A DNA stretch of 63,452 nt, filler included, from Octopus bimaculoides (Eukaryota), in NCBI RefSeq assembly GCF_001194135.2. It is 4 parts of 4 records of this genome, joined end to end, with 100 filler letters (N's around TTAATTAATTAA, not from the genome) between each part and the next. Parts side by side here need not be neighbours in the genome. Positions count along the whole stretch, not along the records: positions 1 to 29,557 come from NC_068999.1; 3 more parts are not named here. One strand, written 5' to 3'. A program made the position numbers and the translations under genes. The notes beneath the pieces are model-generated. The model saw nothing but the letters and a program-made list of their open reading frames with translations. It ran no database searches and had not been told where the DNA came from. This document shows positions 1 through 13,180 of this stretch, one piece after another. Position 1 is the stretch's first letter. Each line of letters begins with the position of its first letter.

Positions 1-183
1 GTGCGGGTGACACGTAAAAGCACCCACTACACTCTCTGAGTGGTTGGCGTTAGGAAGGGCATCCAGCTGTAGAAACTCTGCCAAATTAGATTGGAGCCTG
101 GTGTTGCCATCCGGTTTCACCAGTCCTCAGTCAAATCGTCCAACCCATGCTAGCATGGAAAGCGGACGTTAAACGATGATGAT
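1..183 (+). mobile_element. 3' end of an RTE-tail-type retroelement (LINE or SINE) ending in (GAT)n
   Basis: Contains tggcgttaggaagggcatccagctgtagaaac...ccatgctagcatggaaagcggacgttaaacgatgatgat. A second copy is at ~2365-2575. Confidence 0.7.
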
Positions 184-569
184 ATATATATATATGTTTT
201 GTTACAAGTAGTTTCAAAACCAACCTTCAACATCAAGCTCCGTAGGTATCAAGAATTCTACATAACAACCTAAAAATAATAGCAAATGTACATTGATAGA
301 TTCACTGGTGTATTTATTGTAAATTATTCCTTCTTAATCCCAGTTTCGTGCTGTATATGCTTGGTTGTGGATAGCACCATGATGTAATACTAACACACAC
401 ACACACACACACACACCTCCCCATACCAGTTTGAGTTAGACAGTCAGTTCTTATTTAGATTTACTACAGTGGGGCTGTCATTTCCTCATTCAGATCAAAA
501 ACTTCATCCAAGCCTACATTGTCTCTATTCACTACTAACCACTTTACAGTGTGCTAGATGCATTTTATT

Positions 570-860
570 ACAATTCTTTGCCATCTCTTTCATGGCATTC
601 AGCATCTTAGGTGAGTCTTCAGCACATTATCCCATTTCGCCTTAGTGTTTCTTCTTTCACAGGTTCTTTCCACTTTGAGAACTTGTCTCTTCTCTATTTA
701 GTTGACACCCTCCATGTGCACCACATAATTGTACTAACAGTCTTCTTTCTTGCACACTACATCTGATTCCTCTTACATCCAGCTTTTCTCTCAGCTCATT
801 TGTGCCTTATCATTTAAGCACACCAATACTACACAACCAGCAAAGCATGCTTGCCTTATT
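570..860 (-). mobile_element. Decayed RTE-clade LINE ORF2 C-terminal fragment
   Basis: The minus frame reads ELREKLDVRGIRCSVQERRL, resembling the RTE ORF2 region upstream of the RWYGHV motif. Stops and frameshifts follow. Confidence 0.6.
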
Positions 861-1584
861 TCTTTCTAGTATTTGTAAATATGCGAAATATGGTCAATAT
901 TGTGTCTACCATTGTACAAAGGAGGGTGGTCAAGTTATGTGAAGTATGGTCAATACTGTTTATCTATTGTTGTGATATTCAGGGCATTCAGTTAATGCAA
1001 CTTAAACACTTTGTTCCCTATGGAGTGTAAGTCGTTGATGATTTTACTCCACTGTTCTCAACTCTGGGTTGTCTTTTCCTCTCCCAGATCTTGTTGAATT
1101 TGAATTGCTATCGATTTTTTTTTATTTAAGGTAGGGATGTTGACCTTATGCAAACCTATTTTTGCTTCTGGGAAGAAGTAGTCCATATTAGCCTGGCTTC
1201 TCTATCCTTTGACCTATCCAGCATGGGAGGACCTAACCAAGAGCTTGCACTCTACTGTTCTGGCTCTTGGGCTCAATAAGCCACCACACTGCAACAAGAG
1301 CTGAACTTTGTGGTGGATTCTGTTAATGTGCAGTATGGTTAATATTGTGTATCTGTTGTTGTGGTATGGCAGATCATCAGATAACACAAAGCACAATCAA
1401 TACTGTTTATATGTTCAGTTTATGTGAAGTGTGGTTAGTATTGTGTTTATCAGTTGCTGAGATATTAGAAATAACCATTGGAGTCCTGCTGTGTTGTAGC
1501 TATTGCAGTGCTGGGAAGGACAGATTGTTAAATGTGATGTGCAATGATCAGAGGAGTCTTGCTTCTGTGTGTGTGTTCTGCTCT

Positions 1585-1848
1585 GAAGTGTTGTGTTCTT
1601 GAGCAAGACTCTTTATTTCATGTTGCTCCATCCCATTCAGCTGTAGAAATGAGTTGCGATGTCACTGGTGCCAAGCTGTATCGGCCTTTTTCTTTCCCTT
1701 GGATAACATTGGTGGTATGAAGAGGGGAGGCTGGTATGCATGGGCGACTACTGGTCTTCCATAAACAACATTGCCCAAACTTGTGCCTCGAAGGGAAACT
1801 TTCTAGGTGCAATCCCATGGTCATTCATGACCGAAGGGGGTCCTTACC
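1585..1848 (+). mobile_element. 5'-truncated SINE (gtgttcttgagcaagac family) in the AMMECR1 intron
   Basis: Shares gtgttcttga(g/a)caa..ctt..atttca with the element at 16443, which has a tRNA-like head, and gtgccaagctgtat with ~16938. Confidence 0.6.
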
Positions 1849-1901
1849 GTTTTTTATGAAGGAGGATAAATTTGTATTCTGTGTCTATTATAGTGCTGTG
1901 A

Positions 1902-2186
<285 letters not shown>

Positions 2187-2326
2187 TGACACTAGAGAGA
2201 GAGAGAGGGGTCATGTTTGTGTTATTTAACAAATCCACACTAATCTAGCAGATCTAGGACCAAAGGTAGTCCCAACAGTGACCATTCCCTCTTACTCAGC
2301 ATAGTATGGTATCTAACACTACATCA

Positions 2327-2364
<38 letters not shown>

Positions 2365-2365
<1 letters not shown>

Positions 2366-2575
2366 CCATGCCAGTGCCACATAATAAGCGCCTGTGCTCA
2401 TGCTGCATAAAAGCACCCACCACCCTCTGCAAAGTGGTTGGCATTAGGAAGGGCATCCTACCATAGAAACTATGCCAAAACAAACATGGAATCCAGGCCA
2501 CTCTTCAGCTGGCCAGCTTCTATCAAACCATCCGTCCCATGCTAGCATGGGAAACAGATATTAAATGATGATGGT
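2365..2575 (+). mobile_element. RTE-tail-type retroelement 3' end (second copy)
   Basis: ggcattaggaagggcatcc...ccatgctagcatggg...ttaaatgatgatg aligns with 1-183. Confidence 0.65.
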
Positions 2576-2609
2576 GTGTGTGTGTGTTGAAGAATGTGTT
2601 GCAGCTTGA

Positions 2610-2765
<156 letters not shown>

Positions 2766-2799
2766 TAACATTTTCAGAGCAGAGATGCAATCTATATGA

Positions 2800-3050
2800 T
2801 TGTCTGCTTTTCTGTCTATTTGTTTGTTTGTCAGTCTGTCATTCTGTCTGTTTTCTTGTCTGTCAGACTGTCTGTCTGTCTGTCATTCTGTCTCTGTTTG
2901 TCTATCCGTCTGCCTGTTTGTCTGCCTGTTTGTCTGCTTGTCTGTCTGCCTGTTCGTCTGTCTGTTTATCTGCCTGTCTGTCTGTTTGTCTGCCTGCCTG
3001 TCTGTCTGTTTGTCTGCCTGCCTGCCTGTTTGTCTGATTGCCTGACTGTT
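2800..3050. repeat. Degenerate (TCTG/CCTG/TTTG)n tetranucleotide tract filling most of the last AMMECR1 intron
   Basis: Directly visible in the sequence. It produces the spurious CLSV-rich ORFs. Confidence 0.9.
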
Positions 3051-3071
3051 TCTCTCCCTCTCTTCTCTTAA

Positions 3072-3275
<204 letters not shown>

Positions 3276-3399
3276 TAGTGGTGTATGGCTGCACACATGC
3301 GCATGCACATAAACACATGCACAGATCATCAACACGCACATAACTACATACTGACATGACGTGCAGTTCTCCTGGACGTGGAACGGAGATATATGTATG

Positions 3400-3542
3400 G
3401 ATACACACACACACACACATACACATGCACACACACCATACTTGCGCATGTATGCACTCAAGCCTGCGTGCACTCACTTGCATACAAACATAGAACACAC
3501 CTGTGTACAAATACACACATGTATGTATGCATATATATATTC

Positions 3543-3598
<56 letters not shown>

Positions 3599-3800
3599 TA
3601 TACACTCTTGTACATGTACACACATACACACATTTATGCAAAATGCACACTTATATACACTCAAGCATATACATATATGCTAACATCTGCATTTACACAT
3701 CCCATATATACATACACACATATCTTTTTACCATGTTTAAGTGTATGTATACACACACACACACACACACACACATACACACACACACACGCAAATTACG
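3400..3800. repeat. (CA)n/(TA)n compound microsatellites downstream of the AMMECR1 stop (probable 3' UTR)
   Basis: Directly visible in the sequence. Confidence 0.85.
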
Positions 3801-4037
3801 AACACATAATATACCCACACGTCCAGTTATATTATCTACACTGGATGGTTTACCCATTTTTACACATTCTTTCATAATGGGAGTTGAAAATTCATATTTT
3901 GATTTGTATGTTTGTGTGTGTGCGTAATGTGCAGGCATGTGTGAGTGTGTGCGTGTGTGTGTATACATTAAACCATTTTGGGCTCAATGAAAGCAAGGTG
4001 TTACTTTTCCATCATTCACACCAATTCTATTTCATGA

Positions 4038-4070
<33 letters not shown>

Positions 4071-4353
4071 GGGCAGTGGAGTGTCAGACTTAATGCCTTG
4101 TGGTATTTAATTACAACCCATCAGGTTGCACTGAGGTCTGCTGGAAATCTCTTACAGGACTGATAAGAATAACGTACCAGCCATCTACTTGGGTTGAATA
4201 AATCAACTGTTTGTACCTCCCACCGCCACCCTACTCCTTCAAGAAATATATGACCTTGTGCCTAAGTTTACAGACTCATTACCGGCAGAACCGTTTTGAG
4301 TGTCAGACGAAATGCTTTTTGCAGCATTTGGTCGCAGCCTTTTACAGCTTGGT

Positions 4354-4384
<31 letters not shown>

Positions 4385-4694
4385 CCAAATCTCTGGCCAT
4401 GGTCAGCTTTGCCCTTTTTATCATTCTGGGGTGGGGGCCAGTGAAGCAAAGTATCAATCGAGTACAGGAGGTGCGTGTGTGTGGGAGAGAGAAGGAGGGT
4501 GTCAACATAATCACCTGACGCACCACCACCACCACCTCCGCAAAATTTCTGGCCTTGTGCGCCCACACAAGAAATTGCATGTATTATTATTATGATTAAG
4601 AATGGTGGATGATAGAATCAGTAAGGTATGAGCCAAAATCCCTTGCAGTAAGTTCAAGTCTTGCCAGGGCTGGTAGAGTTAAAGTACCTGTCAG

Positions 4695-5596
4695 NNNNNN
4701 NNNNNNNNNNNNNNNNNNNNNNNNNNNNNNNNNNNNNNNNNNNNNNNNNNNNNNNNNNNNNNNNNNNNNNNNNNNNNNNNNNNNNNNNNNNNNNNNNNNN
4801 NNNNNNNNNNNNNNNNNNNNNNNNNNNNNNNNNNNNNNNNNNNNNNNNNNNNNNNNNNNNNNNNNNNNNNNNNNNNNNNNNNNNNNNNNNNNNNNNNNNN
4901 NNNNNNNNNNNNNNNNNNNNNNNNNNNNNNNNNNNNNNNNNNNNNNNNNNNNNNNNNNNNNNNNNNNNNNNNNNNNNNNNNNNNNNNNNNNNNNNNNNNN
5001 NNNNNNNNNNNNNNNNNNNNNNNNNNNNNNNNNNNNNNNNNNNNNNNNNNNNNNNNNNNNNNNNNNNNNNNNNNNNNNNNNNNNNNNNNNNNNNNNNNNN
5101 NNNNNNNNNNNNNNNNNNNNNNNNNNNNNNNNNNNNNNNNNNNNNNNNNNNNNNNNNNNNNNNNNNNNNNNNNNNNNNNNNNNNNNNNNNNNNNNNNNNN
5201 NNNNNNNNNNNNNNNNNNNNNNNNNNNNNNNNNNNNNNNNNNNNNNNNNNNNNNNNNNNNNNNNNNNNNNNNNNNNNNNNNNNNNNNNNNNNNNNNNNNN
5301 NNNNNNNNNNNNNNNNNNNNNNNNNNNNNNNNNNNNNNNNNNNNNNNNNNNNNNNNNNNNNNNNNNNNNNNNNNNNNNNNNNNNNNNNNNNNNNNNNNNN
5401 NNNNNNNNNNNNNNNNNNNNNNNNNNNNNNNNNNNNNNNNNNNNNNNNNNNNNNNNNNNNNNNNNNNNNNNNNNNNNNNNNNNNNNNNNNNNNNNNNNNN
5501 NNNNNNNNNNNNNNNNNNNNNNNNNNNNNNNNNNNNNNNNNNNNNNNNNNNNNNNNNNNNNNNNNNNNNNNNNNNNNNNNNNNNNNNNNNNNNNNG
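4695..5596. other. Assembly gap (N run). Other large gaps are at ~22475-23331, 31985-32122, 35225-35404, 39241-39479, 53950-54210, 56098-56528 and 62221-62761
   Basis: Runs of n. Confidence 0.98.
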
Positions 5597-6039
5597 CTAT
5601 TATAGATATTCCACCTTGAGATATTGAGGGGGGGGGGAACGGAGTCTCTTTGGTTCTTGTTAGCAGTCTCATGTACTGTGCTTTTTATTTTATTATTTTT
5701 TTCATTTTATTTAAGTTTGCTCACAAGCTAGAATTACATTTAATTTAATTTTTAAAAAAACACTTTATAAATAAAAAAAAAGAAAAAGCAATTACTTGCC
5801 AAGCTCATCATCATCATCATCATTGTCATCATCATCATCATCATCCTTTTCTCCTTCTCCTCCTCCTCCTCCTCNNNNNNNNNNCTGGCAAAACCATTAT
5901 TGATTACAGAAGTCTTTGATTTCTTTTGTAGATGAATGAATGCGTGTGTGCATTGGAGTGTGTCTAAGTTGTAGTGCTTGTTCACCTTTCATGCCTCCAA
6001 CCTGCCACACTTTTTTTTTTTTTTTTTCAACTTAGCTTC

Positions 6040-6330
6040 CTCTGTGTGCATGTAACTGCCTGTCTCATCTGCCAGCACATTATAAGGACGGAGATCCTCT
6101 TCCACTCCAGATATGGACTTTCAGAGTTTCCCAAAGGTTCCTTCACCCTTCAAAACATTGCTTACAGGCCAGACCCTTTCTTCTTCACGTTGGCTGTTGG
6201 GTTGTCTCAAAACTGCTTCCCCATCGGAAATCCGCTGACTGCAAACTTCCTCCTGTTGCATCAGGTTTGGTTCAGGTCCTCATTGATCTGTTGCCATACC
6301 TTTAGAGTAAAGACAGAATGAAATAGGTCT
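6040..6330 (-). mobile_element. Possible decayed LINE ORF2 linker fragment
   Basis: A minus frame of ~95 codons broken only by two TGA. The segment RPYNVLADETGSYMHTEEAK loosely resembles the endonuclease-RT linker of RTE-like LINEs. Confidence 0.3.
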
Positions 6331-6414
6331 GATCTCCACCTCTCCTCTGTAACACTAAGGTTTTGACATACTTATGCAAAAATAATAATTATTATTATTA
6401 TTATTATTATTATA

Positions 6415-7290
6415 GCGAGCTGGCAGAATTGTTAGGGCGTTGGATAAAGTGTTTAGTGGCATTTTTTCCAGTTTTGTATTCTGTGTTCAAATTCCACTAT
6501 GGTAAACTTTACCTTTCACCCCTTTCGGGGTTGATAGAGTAAATTACCAGTCAAGCACTGGGGTTGATGTAATGGGCTAGCTCCCTCCCCCCAAAATTTC
6601 AGGCCTTGTGCCTATAGCAGAAACGATAAGGTGGCGAGTTGGCAGAATTGTTAGCACGCCAGGCAAAATGCTTGGCAGAATTGTTAGCACGCCAGGCAAA
6701 ATGCTTGGCAGTATTTCATCTGTCGCTACGTTCTGAGTTGAAATTCCGCCAAGGTTGACTCTCCCTTTTATCCTTTTGGAGGTCGATAAAATAAGTACCA
6801 GTTGTGTATTGGGGTCANNNNNNNNNNGCCCCCCCCCCCCAAAAAAAAATTTTCAGGCCTTGAGTAGAAAGGATTATTATTATGACTGTAAGAACAACAA
6901 CAACAACAGTGGATTGACCAGATTATTGGAGTGTTGGACAAAGTACCTTGTGTTACGATCTTTTATGCCCTGAGTCCAAAACCTGCCAAGCTCAGCTTAG
7001 CTTTTGAAACCTTTTGGAGGTTGATAATGTAAAGTACTTGTTAAGTACTGAGTTCAGTATAATCAGTTTTCTATCTTGTCGAAGAATGATCCTTATTATT
7101 CAGGTAGCAGCAGTGATAGCCAAGATGGTAGTGAGCTAAACTTAATGTTGTGTGGCATTAGGATTTGGACCTCTTAGTCCTGAGTTCAAATCCTACCCAC
7201 AATGGAATGTTGCTTTTCATGCCTCTGAGGTTAAAAGAAAAAAATGTGGCCATATATTTGAGTTGATTCAACCAACCATACCTATCCTCT
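6415..7290 (+). mobile_element. Cluster of ~4 head-to-tail MetaSINE-like tRNA SINEs
   Basis: Each copy has an A-box-like tggcagaatygttag, a B-box-like gttcaaattcc, the central gcctttcatcctttcggggtygataaa..agtacc (Meta-type domain) and the tail ggccttgtgcc..(att)n. Confidence 0.8.
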
Positions 7291-7649
7291 ACAAATTACA
7301 ACAACAACAACAATAATAATAATAATGGCCTTGAGCCTAATAAAAATATCATCAAAGCAGGCATTGTGGTATAATTCTAAGCAAATCAATTCTGTGACCC
7401 TGGTTTCAATCCCCAGGCTCAACTATTTTGTACAAATGTCGTTGATGCTTGTTGGGAAAGGCTTAAAAGGTCACAACTTCAGATATCTGACCTCTCTTCC
7501 CAAACCTTATTCCCATAAAGTCTGAAAACTTCTTGTCTCTACTCTAAAAAAGAAAGAAAGAAAGAAAAAGAAAAGAAAAGAAGAGAAAAGAAAAAAAACT
7601 GTTTCTAATCGGAGGAACATTGTTGAAATGGAGAAAGAGTAGGGGTAGT

Positions 7650-8000
7650 TGTTGTGTAGACATAGCTGTGTGGTTGAGACATTTGGATTGCAACAATGTG
7701 GTACCTCTGGGTTCACTGTACATATGTCTTTGTGTATAAAATATGTTATGTCTAGATGTGTGCATGTGTGTGTTTCTATATGTATGTTTTTGTGAGTGTG
7801 GGGAGAACAAAATTGGTACATTTGAACAGAAATGCCCTGAAGTATTTTTAGCTGACCTGATTGTCTTCGTAACAATTCCATATCGTATGAGATTGATGGA
7901 ATAAGTATCTGACAAAATACTGGAATCAGTATGACTAAAGCTCCTGAAAATAGTGCTCCAGCATGACCAGAGTCTACTGACTGAAACCATTTAACAGATG
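7650..8000 (+). mobile_element. Decayed CORE-like SINE
   Basis: The head gctgtgtggttgaga and the 3' end gtgctccagcatgacc...gactgaaac align with the better copy at 32441-32885. Confidence 0.5.
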
Positions 8001-8689
8001 CACAAGTATACTGATCCAAGTCCTAGTTGTTAGTTTAGCCCCAGCTCAGCCTTGATTGAGCAGACCTACAATGATCAGAGGTGTTTAAACCGTGATCATC
8101 GCCATTGTTTATACGGCATAGTGTAACTAAGACTACATTGTCCCAAAATTTTCCTCCCTTTTAAGGCAGTTGAGGTTTTTAGGTTTTTCAGTTGTTATTT
8201 CTAGCAAGCAGCCATGTAGTGACCTCCTTGTTAAATCCTAGTGACAGTGATGGGTGATTTGTTACTTTTACTTAAGGCAGCAGGGAATTGTAGAAGTGAC
8301 TGAGAGGATGTAGTATGGTATGAGACAAAGAGAGCCTCCTAGCTAGGGGTTTGAGTTCAAGCTGCAACAGAATCATTTTATGATGTTATTGTGCATACAT
8401 GAGATGTCATGTACAAGCAGTAGATCAGAGGGGAGTGTAAGCTGTAGGAAATGGTGTGCTATCCAGGATAAGGTTTACACTTCCTCCACTCCGTGCCATA
8501 GAAATAAGCACCAAATCTGTTCCCCATCCCGACCCTGCCACACTCTGTAACCATTCCCTGTATCTTCATTTTCATTTATGTCAGACATTATAACATCCTT
8601 CATCAGGAAGTGAATTCATCCTTTCTTCCACATCAAATCTCACCATGGCCAATACCCAAGAAATGAAATCCAAAGAGTTTGATAATGCA

Positions 8690-9348
8690 CATCTGTCTTC
8701 ACGTTCTGAGTTCAAATTCCACTGAGGTCGACTTTGCCTTTCGTCTTTGTGGGATTGAGAAAAATAATAGTTGAGCATTGGGGTCAATGTAATTGACTTA
8801 CCCCGCCACTGAAATTGCTGGCCTTGTGCCTATAGTAGAAAGGATTATTGTTATTAGATGAGCTGGTAGAATCATTAGCATGCTGGCCAAAGTGCTTTGC
8901 ATCATTTCTTCCAACTCATTAGATTCTGCTGGAATCAACTTTGCCTTTCATCCTTTCAAGGTTGATAAATTGAAGGACCAGTCAAGCACTGGGATTGATG
9001 TAATCGACTGTCCCCTTCGCCATAAAATCACTGGCTTTGTGCCAAAATTTGGAAAAAAATTATCAAGGTGGCAAACTGGCAGAATTGTTAGCATGTTGGG
9101 TAAAACGCTTAGCAGCATCTCATTCCGAGTTCAAATTCTGCCGAGGTCAACGTTGCCTTTCATCCCATTCAGAGTTGATGTAATTGACTGACCCCATCTC
9201 CTGAAATTGCTGGCCATGTGCCCAAATTTCAAACCATCATTATTATTATTATTTATGGTGAATTGAGTGAATCATTAAAACACTGGACAAAATGCCTGGA
9301 GGCATTTATTGTGGATCTTATGTTCTGCATTCAAACCTGACCGAGGTC

Positions 9349-9384
<36 letters not shown>

Positions 9385-9720
9385 CACCCTTACAAGGTGC
9401 TAAATCATAAGATACCAGTCGAGTACTGGGGTTGATGTTATCAACTAACCCCTCCTCTCAAAACTGTTGGCCTCTTACCTAAATCAGAAGCAATTATTTC
9501 AAGGTGATGGTTTGGCAAAATTGTTAGAGCATTGAGGGTGGGGGGAAAAAAACTGTTTTGCAACATTTGTTTGTGGCTCTTTATGAGTCTAAACCCTGCC
9601 ATGGTTAATTTTACATTTTATCCCTCAGTGGAATGGGGTGGGGTCAGTGTAATCAATTACTCCTCTCACTTCAAATTTTGGCTTTCTGCCTGTATTAGAA
9701 ACAAGTATGGTTATTGTAGA
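8690..9720 (+). mobile_element. Array of ~5 head-to-tail MetaSINE-like copies
   Basis: Repeated A box, B box, Meta domain and tail modules. CpGs are largely converted to TpG/CpA. Confidence 0.8.
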
Positions 9721-10424
9721 TATTGTCCCCCCCTCCAAAAAAAAACTGGTAAATACCCTGTTTGATGGTGTAAAAGACACACAGGTACATTAGATGCATC
9801 CTGATTATCAGGTAAAAAACAAAAAAAAAAATGTTTTTTAGTGCATTATAGCAATAGGCCCAACTTCATGTTTAGGACCAAGAGTTTTAAAAAAAAAAAT
9901 TTTTTTTTATAGACATTTTTTTGGTGGGGTTAAGAAAAAGTGTATCTTGTAAGCTATCAAACTGTGGTGATGTTGTTTCTGTGTATTTGTTCATATGATT
10001 AATGGATTGGAATAACTTTTAGGAGCAGCAGCAAGGTTGGTATTTTGTTTATTTATTTATTTTTATTTTTTTTTGCAATTTATTCTTTGTTTAAATTTCA
10101 GTATCAACACCTTTGATGGTGGTGGTGGTGTTTGTATTTAGTTGATCCTTGAGGGGAACCTGTCATAGATGAATTCTATAAGGCCCTATAATTTTGTGTG
10201 TATGAAATTGAATCCAACTTACTTGTTGGAGCTGTCTGTAGGTAACTAATTATGGCTCTCAGCATGAAATTTGGGGTAGTAAATTAGTGTATTTCTGGAC
10301 TTGAAAACTATTGGATAGTTAAGTGTATGTGTGTGTGTGTGTGCACGTACATATGCACACACATGCATGCAGGGTAATTAAAAATGAATGGTACAAAATG
10401 AGAATGTATCTGTGAGTGTATAGT

Positions 10425-10575
10425 AATGAATATATTGCAAAAATACAGATGCAACATGAAAGGTTAAACTCTTCAACTTTCTACCGACACTCACAGATGT
10501 TCAGTGCGGGTGCCCTTTGCCAACTGGGAGAGTTAACCTTCCATGTTACATTTGTATTTTTGCAATATATTCATT
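10425..10575. repeat. Imperfect inverted repeat (~50-bp arms, ~52-nt loop); foldback/MITE-like
   Basis: Left arm aatgaatatattgcaaaaatacagatgcaacatgaaaggttaaactcttc versus reverse-complemented right arm aatgaatatattgcaaaaatacaaatgtaacatggaaggttaactctcc. Confidence 0.85.
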
Positions 10576-11310
10576 GCAGCACTGACAGGTATATTTTATT
10601 TTTGTACCATTTATTTTGAATTACCTTGTATGGGTGTATGTATATATGCATTTTTATATGTGTGCATATATATATATATATATATAATGTGCAAGTATTC
10701 ATCTTCAACTGAGATGTGTTTCGCCATCCTGTGCTAGATGTCTCTGTCCTCCATTTGCTCTGGTGGGTCCTCAGTTTCATGTTTTGTGTCTCTGCCAATT
10801 GCATCAATGTAAAATTTAGTGATCCCTATTAGGGTATGGAAGTCTCTAAAATATAACATCTGATATGACCTTTTCTGCACAACATTATTGGCCAGCTTTT
10901 GACAACTATTGTAGGGATGAGTGAAATATGCCCATATGATATCCTTTGTATTGAGTTTTCTCTTCATTGTACTTACTAATTATAATACACACATATGTGT
11001 ATAAAATGGAAAATATTTTCAAATTCTTACTAACATTATAACAAAATAACCAAGTACTGTGTGTTTACTAACCATACCATTAACTCATTGCCGTGATCTC
11101 AAACCTGGATCTCTACTATCCTCAATATATATATATATATATATCCTCAATATATATAGAACCATAAAACAACACATCTTCTGTGTGAGTGTGTGCATGC
11201 ATGTGTGAGAGAGAGAGAGTAAGCTGAGAATGCTTCAAAATTTAATCACAAATGTCCAGTTTCACGCATACTATTTTCTGTGTGTTCAATATAAAACTGT
11301 TTTGTAAGTG

Positions 11311-11341
<31 letters not shown>

Positions 11342-12819
11342 AAACTTTATGCTTCTGAGTAATTTTAACTTTTGGGTGATTTCAGCTCCAAATATTATAT
11401 ATTGGTAGGTGGATAGATACAATGAGCCGGGCACGTTTTGCTGTCCTCTCTGCAGCCATGTAACCCTTCCATTTCTTTATACACACAACTACTACTACTA
11501 CTACTACTACTACTACTGACAGCAATCTCCATTCGGATGTAGAGTAACTGTGGAGCAGCCATCAAACAGAAGACTCTCACACACCTGCTGTTCTCTTAAA
11601 GTTCCATTGTCTAATAATGCAGATCTCTACACCCCCTTCTTCCCCCTTCCTTGCTTCATAAGGGAGCTGTTTGAATATGTTGCTGCACTCTTTGCAGACA
11701 GCCCTGTGTAGCTGTGACTGCTGTTATTTCACAGCTGTATAACTACTTCTATTACATCTCTCTCTCTCTCTCTCTATCTCTCTCATGTTATCTTGGGTTA
11801 CCTTTCCGCCACCTTCTGATGTTTTTATTTAGAGGCTGGCAGAAACTAAATAACCTGTGACTCCTTTTTAATGAGAGATTATCACCTTTGAGAGAATGAT
11901 TTACCACATGAATAAGACCAGGATTTCTGTTTGGTCTTTCAATCCTCTTCAACTTGCCAAAGATACTCGACAGGTTTTAGATTCTAGTTACACAGGAGAA
12001 CAGACACCTTTGTCCCTTTGTCAATCAACCCCCCCCCCCCCATTCCAAGTAGGACATACCAATTATTGCACTCTTTACTCTCCTCTCCCCCCCTTTTTTT
12101 ATTTTCTTGTTCTTTTAATTTCTAATCTTTTTTTTATATTAGACTTTTAATTTATAAATGAAATACTTGATTTCAGTTATATTGTAGAAGAGAGAGAAAG
12201 AGGATGATAGTATTGATGATTGAATGTGTGTGAAGACAAGATTTCTTTTTCTTTTTTTTCTTTTCTGTTTTTTATTATAAAAATGAAAAGTAATGATGTG
12301 GTTGACTGGGTTCTCTTTCAGTACAACCACCATCGGATTTTGTAAAGGCACAAAACTGTCCGCCTTGGTTGTCTTTGTTCTTTATATATTCCTAACTAAA
12401 CTCGAGAGAGGAATGAAAACCAGGTTGCTCCTTCTCTCTGTCTGCCTCTCCTCCCCCACTGTCTTGCATGCACTCACCTATAAACATTTTTTTTGTATGC
12501 ATGTATGTGTGTGTGTGTATAAAAGTATGTTTTCTGTATAGATATACACTTGTTAATTTTGTATGTTGTTTATTTGAATTAAGGTCAAGTGCTCTTTTAT
12601 TGAAAGCTCTCCTCTTCACCAACTAATTTGCTTGTCACTGATTGTACACTTTGACCATGACTACTAACCATCTGCTGACCTATGGCCGAGCCCAGACAGG
12701 TCCAAGTGAATTATGAACACCCTGTCTTTGTTTCCTCACACTCCAACACAGAAACAAATATGTCATTGATAACAATGATTGATGATGAAAATATATCAGT
12801 AAATTTATCTCTTTCACTC

Positions 12820-12868
<49 letters not shown>

Positions 12869-12959
12869 CTTTAGATGAGTTGCAGTATTGTCTGTGTTAC
12901 CTTCTCTCTTTCTCTCTCCTTCTCTTGTTCAAACATAGGATCATTATGACTCTCATCTG

Positions 12960-13180
12960 AGGGAGCAAGCTGGCAGGATCGTTAGCTCGTTAGGCAAGAA
13001 TGCTTAGTGGCATTTCCTCTGCCTTCACATTCTGAGTTCAAAATCCACTGAGGTCAACTTTACCTTTTGTCCTTTTAGGGGTCGATGTAGTAAGTAACAG
13101 TTAAACACTGGGACCCAATGAAATCGACTGGCCCCTTCCCTCAAAATTTTGGGCCTTGTGCCTATAGCAGCATGGATTAT
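12960..13180 (+). mobile_element. MetaSINE-like copy
   Basis: Full head, central and tail modules are present. Confidence 0.8.
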
